From Clostridia bacterium (GTDB lineage: Bacteria; Bacillota; Clostridia; TANB77; CAG-465), in the NCBI GenBank assembly GCA_045534225.1, contig JAZSJJ010000008.1, positions 843-64,842 of the forward strand: a stretch of DNA of 64,000 nucleotides. Reading direction: 5' to 3'. Both the position numbers and the translations under genes were made by a program. The notes beneath the pieces are model-generated. The model was not told the origin of the DNA. It worked only from the letters and a program-made list of their open reading frames with translations, and searched no databases. Below are positions 59,582 to 64,000 of this stretch, piece by piece (the stretch's first letter is position 1; the number at the start of each line of letters is the position of its first letter).

Positions 59582-60502
59582 ATGGAAGCGGATTATTGCT
59601 TTGGAAATCATTGTTTTAATTATTATGGAGATATTGGAATAAAACACACAAAATACAATATATTAGCACCTGCACAGGAACAAGATAAACAACCCGGATT
59701 AGAATACTTAATGACACCTAAACCTATTTTTGATAATCCTAATTACAAGGGAAGTGGGAAGCTATTAAATAAGGTGGCTATAATTACAGGTGGAGATAGC
59801 GGACTTGGTAGAGCTGCTGCTATTGCATTTGTTAAAGAGGGAGCAAAAGTAGTACTACCATATTATGATGAACATATTGATGCAGAAGGTACAAAAAGTT
59901 ACATAGAAAGAATGGGTGGAGAATGTTTAATATTATCTGGAGATATTAGAGATAAAGAGTTCTCTAAAAAGATTGTAGAAGAAACATTAAATAGATTTGG
60001 GAAAATAGATATACTTGTAAATAATGCAGGAGTACAATATCAGCAAGACGATTTAACTTGTATTACAGATGAGCAATTCGATAAAACATTGAAAGTAAAT
60101 GTTTATGGAATGTTCTATTTAACTAAAGAGGTGCTACCGTATTTAAGAAGTGGGGCTAGTATTATAAATATAAGTTCTGTTACAGCATTTTATGGTGAAC
60201 CACAATTAATAGACTACGTTACATCGAAAGCAGCTATGATTGGTTTTACTAGAGCGCTTGCTAGAAGTTTAGCGCTAAAAAACATAAGAGTTAACGCTAT
60301 AGCACCAGGATACTTTTGGACACCGCTTCAACCAGCATGTTGGGTAAAAGAAAGAATACCGTCACTTGGAGCAGATGCCGCTATGGCAAGAATGGCTATG
60401 CCATATGAACTAGCACCTACATTTGTGTTTTTAGCTTCAGACGATTCAAGCTATGTTACAGGCCAAATCATTCATAATAATGGTGGTCAGGTAATGGGAT
60501 AA
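59582..60502 (+). CDS. SDR family NAD(P)-dependent oxidoreductase (YhdF/general-stress type)
   Basis: 306 aa. TGGDSGLGR cofactor motif, NNAG, catalytic YxxxK (YVTSK). Confidence 0.85.
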   Translation: MEADYCFGNHCFNYYGDIGIKHTKYNILAPAQEQDKQPGLEYLMTPKPIFDNPNYKGSGKLLNKVAIITGGDSGLGRAAAIAFVKEGAKVVLPYYDEHIDAEGTKSYIERMGGECLILSGDIRDKEFSKKIVEETLNRFGKIDILVNNAGVQYQQDDLTCITDEQFDKTLKVNVYGMFYLTKEVLPYLRSGASIINISSVTAFYGEPQLIDYVTSKAAMIGFTRALARSLALKNIRVNAIAPGYFWTPLQPACWVKERIPSLGADAAMARMAMPYELAPTFVFLASDDSSYVTGQIIHNNGGQVMG

Positions 60503-60514
60503 AGAAAGGTTAAT

Positions 60515-61988
60515 TTAATTAACCTTTCTTTTAATATCTAAGAATTGGAGTAAAAACAAATATATTAAAATTACTAATGTTAGTTTTAATATTAATGGTA
60601 CGGTGAAAAAGTTTGTTATAAATAATGCAATTGTTATACAAATTACGGGAAAAACAACCCATTCAAAGTATTTAAATTTTAGATTTGCAGTTTTGAACAA
60701 TGTATTAACGCTTATTATATAGTTCAAGGCTTCACTTATGTAGAGTACAATTATATATCCAATTGCACCGAATTTAGGTAAAAGAAAGTATATAAAAGAT
60801 ATAGATATTACCATATCAAAGATATTGCAAACCATAACGCTAACTTGTTTACCTAATCCTTTTAATATGTTGTCTATAACATTATCTAGATATATTAAAG
60901 AGATAAGAGGTGCTATTAATTTTATATAATGTCCAGCTTCAAAATTATTGTAAATTAAGTAACCTATTGCATTTCCGAAAAAACATTAATATTCCTGTTA
61001 GTCCTATGGAAAAGTATAATGTTATTTTGAATAATTTGTGAATATCTTTTCCCATTTCTTGTTTTTTATTACTTACGCTGTATCTAGAAAATTCCGGTAC
61101 TAGAAGTGAACTAAAAGAATAGACAATTACACTTCCAAACATTATTATTGGCATTGCCATTCCGGTTATTATTCCATAGTTTTGTAATGCTAGTTCATAA
61201 GACATGCCAGTAAGTTTCAACCTTAATGGAATTAATATGTGCTTTATACTATTTAATCCAGCACGTATATATGAAGTTATTGCTATAGGCACAGCTATTT
61301 TAAGTATCCTTAAATGTATCTTTTTAGGTTTAGTTAGACTCGCTGAAATAAAATAGTTAGATTCTTTTAGATATACCAAGTAATGAAATATTAGTGAGGC
61401 TATTTCAGAAATGGTAGTACCTAGTACTAAACAAAGGACAGCTGAGTTTACATCTTTGGCAAAAATGTTTAGAGTAATAAACACAACAATTATTCTAACA
61501 AACTGTGTAGCAATTTGGTTTATAGATGAACTTAGTACATTTCTTTTGGCAAGAAAATAACTAGACAAAGACAAGCTAAGTGCGATAAATGGTAAAGACA
61601 ACGCAAGTACGTATATTATTAGATTAGATACTTTGCTAAATAATATTTCTTTAGTTATATATGGTGTAAAAAGAGATAGAATAATAAAACTTAATACACC
61701 TGTAATAACGCTAAAGAAGATTGAAGCTTTAAGTATATATTTAGTATCAGTATTAGAATCTTTTTCTAATTCTTCTGAAATTACTTTTGTAGTAGAAAGA
61801 TTAATACCAGAACTTGCAACAGTTATTCCAAAAAAGTATATAGATGAAATAAGTCCAAATACACCTAATGTTTCTGAACCTATTTTATTTGCAACATATA
61901 TATCAAATAAAGAGGATATTACTTTTGTTATTAATGAAGTGAAGATTAATATCATACTGTTTACCAAAAATGTTTGAGATTTTTTCAA
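60515..61988 (-). pseudogene. SpoVB/MOP-superfamily flippase (polysaccharide or lipid II export) with a +1 frameshift in an A6/T6 homopolymer
   Basis: The 347-aa N-terminal ORF 60945-61988 and the 106-aa C-terminal ORF 60515-60835 are both multi-TM and SpoVB-like. Deleting one T from the T-run at 60978-60983 (minus strand ATGTTTTTTCGG) joins them into a single ~490-aa protein. Confidence 0.7.
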
Positions 61989-62188
61989 GTTAATTCACCT
62001 AAAACAATATATGAAAAGATGAGTATTAGTATGAAACAATATACTTTTAATCTACTTGCAAAAATAAAGGTGATATAGTATAATAATTTCAGCTTTTAGG
62101 GTAGGGTGTAGTAATAATTTGTGAGGCTTAAAAGACTAGGCTTTAGAAATTATTACTTCCCCTAAAAAAGCAGAAGGAGGAAACATTT

Positions 62189-64000
62189 ATGTTTAGAAAA
62201 TTTGAAACAGAGTTTGCTGGACGTCCACTTGTTATTGAAACAGGTAAAATGGCTGGACTAGCAAACGGGTCATGTCTAGTAAGATATGGCGACACTTGCG
62301 TATTAGTTAACGCTACAATGTCTAAAGATGCAAGGGACGGAATAGACTTCCTACCACTTTCTGTAGACTATGAAGAAAGATTATACGCAGTAGGTAAAAT
62401 ACCAGGTGGTTTTGTTAAAAGAGAAGGAAAACCAACAGACAAAGCTATACTTGTATCAAGAGTAATCGATAGACCAATGAGACCATTATTCCCAAAAGAT
62501 TACAGAAATGATACAGCAATCAACGCAGTAACAATGTGTATGGATCCAGATGTATTACCAGAAGTTCCAGCAATGTTAGGTGCTTCAATTGCATTAAACA
62601 TTTCTGACATACCTTTTGATAGAGTAGTTGGTGCAGCTAAAGTAGGTCTTGTTGATGGAAAACTTATTGTTAACCCAGGTTTATCAGATAGAGAAAAATC
62701 TGACCTAGATTTAACAGTAGCAGCAACAGCTGAAAAAGTATGTATGATTGAAGCTGGTGCTAATGAAGTTCCAGACGATGTTATGTTAGAAGCAATAAAA
62801 CTTGCTCACACAGAAATTAAGAAAGTAGTTGAATTTATCGAAGGAATCAAAAAAGAAATTGGTAAGCCAAAAGCTTCATACAAATCTTTTGAAATTCCAG
62901 CAGACATGTTTAATGAATTAAAAGAAAATTTCGGAACTAAAGTATATGATGCATTACAAACTACAGATAAAACTGTAAGAGATGCAAATATGGAAAAAGT
63001 AAACGAAGAAATTAAAGCATATTATATAGAAAAATATGGTGAAGAAGCATATTTAGCAGCTAAAGCAGATATAGCAGAAGTTGTTTACAGACTAGAAAAG
63101 AAAACAGTTCGTAGTATGATAATAGATGAAGGTAAACGTCCTGATGGTAGAGCATTTGACGAAATAAGACCTTTATCTGCAGAAGTAGATATACTTCCAA
63201 GAACACACGGTAGTGCGTTATTCTCAAGAGGACAAACACAAGTATTATCTATAGTAACACTTGGACCTAAATCTGATGAACAAACATTAGATGGACTTGA
63301 TGAAGAAGAAACTAAGAGATACATACACCATTATAACTTCCCACCATACAGTGTTGGTGAAGCAAGACCAGTTCGTTCTCCAGGTAGAAGAGAAATTGGA
63401 CACGGAGCATTAGCTGAAAGAGCATTAGAACCAGTTATACCTTCAGTAGAAGAATTCCCTTATGCAATAAGAGTTGTATCTGAAGTGTTAAGCTCAAATG
63501 GTTCAACATCTCAAGGAAGTATTTGTGGTTCAACAATGGCACTTATGGCTGCTGGTGTACCAATTAAAGCTCCAGTTGCTGGTATATCTACAGGATTATT
63601 CACTAAAGAAGATTCTGAAGATTATATAATGGTAACAGATATACAAGGTATTGAAGACTTCTTTGGAGACATGGACTTCAAAGTTGGTGGTACTAAAAAA
63701 GGTATTACAGCAATACAAGTAGATATTAAAGTAGACGGATTATCTTATGAAATAATAGCAGAAGCATTTGCTAAAACAAGAGTTGCAAGAGATCACATAC
63801 TAGATAACGTTATGTTAAAAGCAATTCCTGAAGCAAGAGCAGAAGTATCAGAATATGCTCCTAAGATAAAAACAATAAAGATTAACCCAGACAAGATTAA
63901 AGATGTTATAGGTTCTGGTGGAAAGACTATAAACAAGATAATCGAAGATACTGGTGTTAAGATAGACATCGAAGATGATGGTACAGTATTTGTATACGGT
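62189..64000 (+). CDS. pnp: Polyribonucleotide nucleotidyltransferase (PNPase), 5' partial (runs off the window)
   Basis: The N-terminus MFRKFETEFAGRPLVIETGKMAGLANGS... matches the first RNase PH domain of PNPase. The frame stays open to the window end (604 codons). AGGAGG RBS. Not on the ORF track because no stop falls inside the window. Confidence 0.9.
   Translation, partial: MFRKFETEFAGRPLVIETGKMAGLANGSCLVRYGDTCVLVNATMSKDARDGIDFLPLSVDYEERLYAVGKIPGGFVKREGKPTDKAILVSRVIDRPMRPLFPKDYRNDTAINAVTMCMDPDVLPEVPAMLGASIALNISDIPFDRVVGAAKVGLVDGKLIVNPGLSDREKSDLDLTVAATAEKVCMIEAGANEVPDDVMLEAIKLAHTEIKKVVEFIEGIKKEIGKPKASYKSFEIPADMFNELKENFGTKVYDALQTTDKTVRDANMEKVNEEIKAYYIEKYGEEAYLAAKADIAEVVYRLEKKTVRSMIIDEGKRPDGRAFDEIRPLSAEVDILPRTHGSALFSRGQTQVLSIVTLGPKSDEQTLDGLDEEETKRYIHHYNFPPYSVGEARPVRSPGRREIGHGALAERALEPVIPSVEEFPYAIRVVSEVLSSNGSTSQGSICGSTMALMAAGVPIKAPVAGISTGLFTKEDSEDYIMVTDIQGIEDFFGDMDFKVGGTKKGITAIQVDIKVDGLSYEIIAEAFAKTRVARDHILDNVMLKAIPEARAEVSEYAPKIKTIKINPDKIKDVIGSGGKTINKIIEDTGVKIDIEDDGTVFVYG

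Noticed and set aside
1-64000. CRISPR arrays, IS elements, transposases, integrases
   Set aside because: No regularly spaced direct repeats with unique spacers, no terminal inverted repeats flanking a transposase-like ORF, and no DDE, tyrosine or serine recombinase motifs were seen in any frame.

Overview
This is a low-GC (~30%) Firmicute chromosome segment, Clostridia-like, and almost entirely coding on the + strand. The conserved backbone is: Ca2+ P-type ATPase; rhodanese-thioredoxin pair; smc; trmFO; holA; gpr; the rimP-nusA-ylxR-infB-rbfA-nrnA-truB operon; galE; an M23 peptidase; the dcw cluster mraZ-rsmH-ftsL-PBP(SpoVD-like)-murE-mraY-ftsW/spoVE-murG-ftsQ-DUF881-sbp; a frameshifted clpC-like gene; rmuC; a DUF4358-MBOAT-DHHW O-acyltransferase trio; sdpR-sdpI; sua5; tRNA-Leu(UAG); an SDR oxidoreductase; a frameshifted SpoVB-like flippase; and the 5' part of pnp. 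Scattered through this backbone are ORFs of clearly higher GC (~37-45%) and unknown function. They sit at 10.8-12.0 kb (where ftsY would be expected), at 14.7-15.4 kb (where rpsT would be expected), at 43.4 kb (a sigma-region-4-like mini protein), and in a 50.6-56.0 kb accessory stretch ending at the tRNA-Leu. That stretch holds a divergent paralog pair, a MYG1 hydrolase, a DUF1653 protein, small ORFs and an M15 endolysin-like peptidase. Downstream of the tRNA lies a secreted pair: a pilin-like/FGE-domain protein and a membrane-anchored serpin-like protein. Other unusual items are a protein with three internal tandem repeats behind a motif-rich leader, a short collagen-like (BclA-like) protein bracketed by GGAC/GTCC palindromes, a textbook MraZ operator, and two single-base frameshifts. 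All calls rest on reading motifs and gene order by eye, and no database search was possible.
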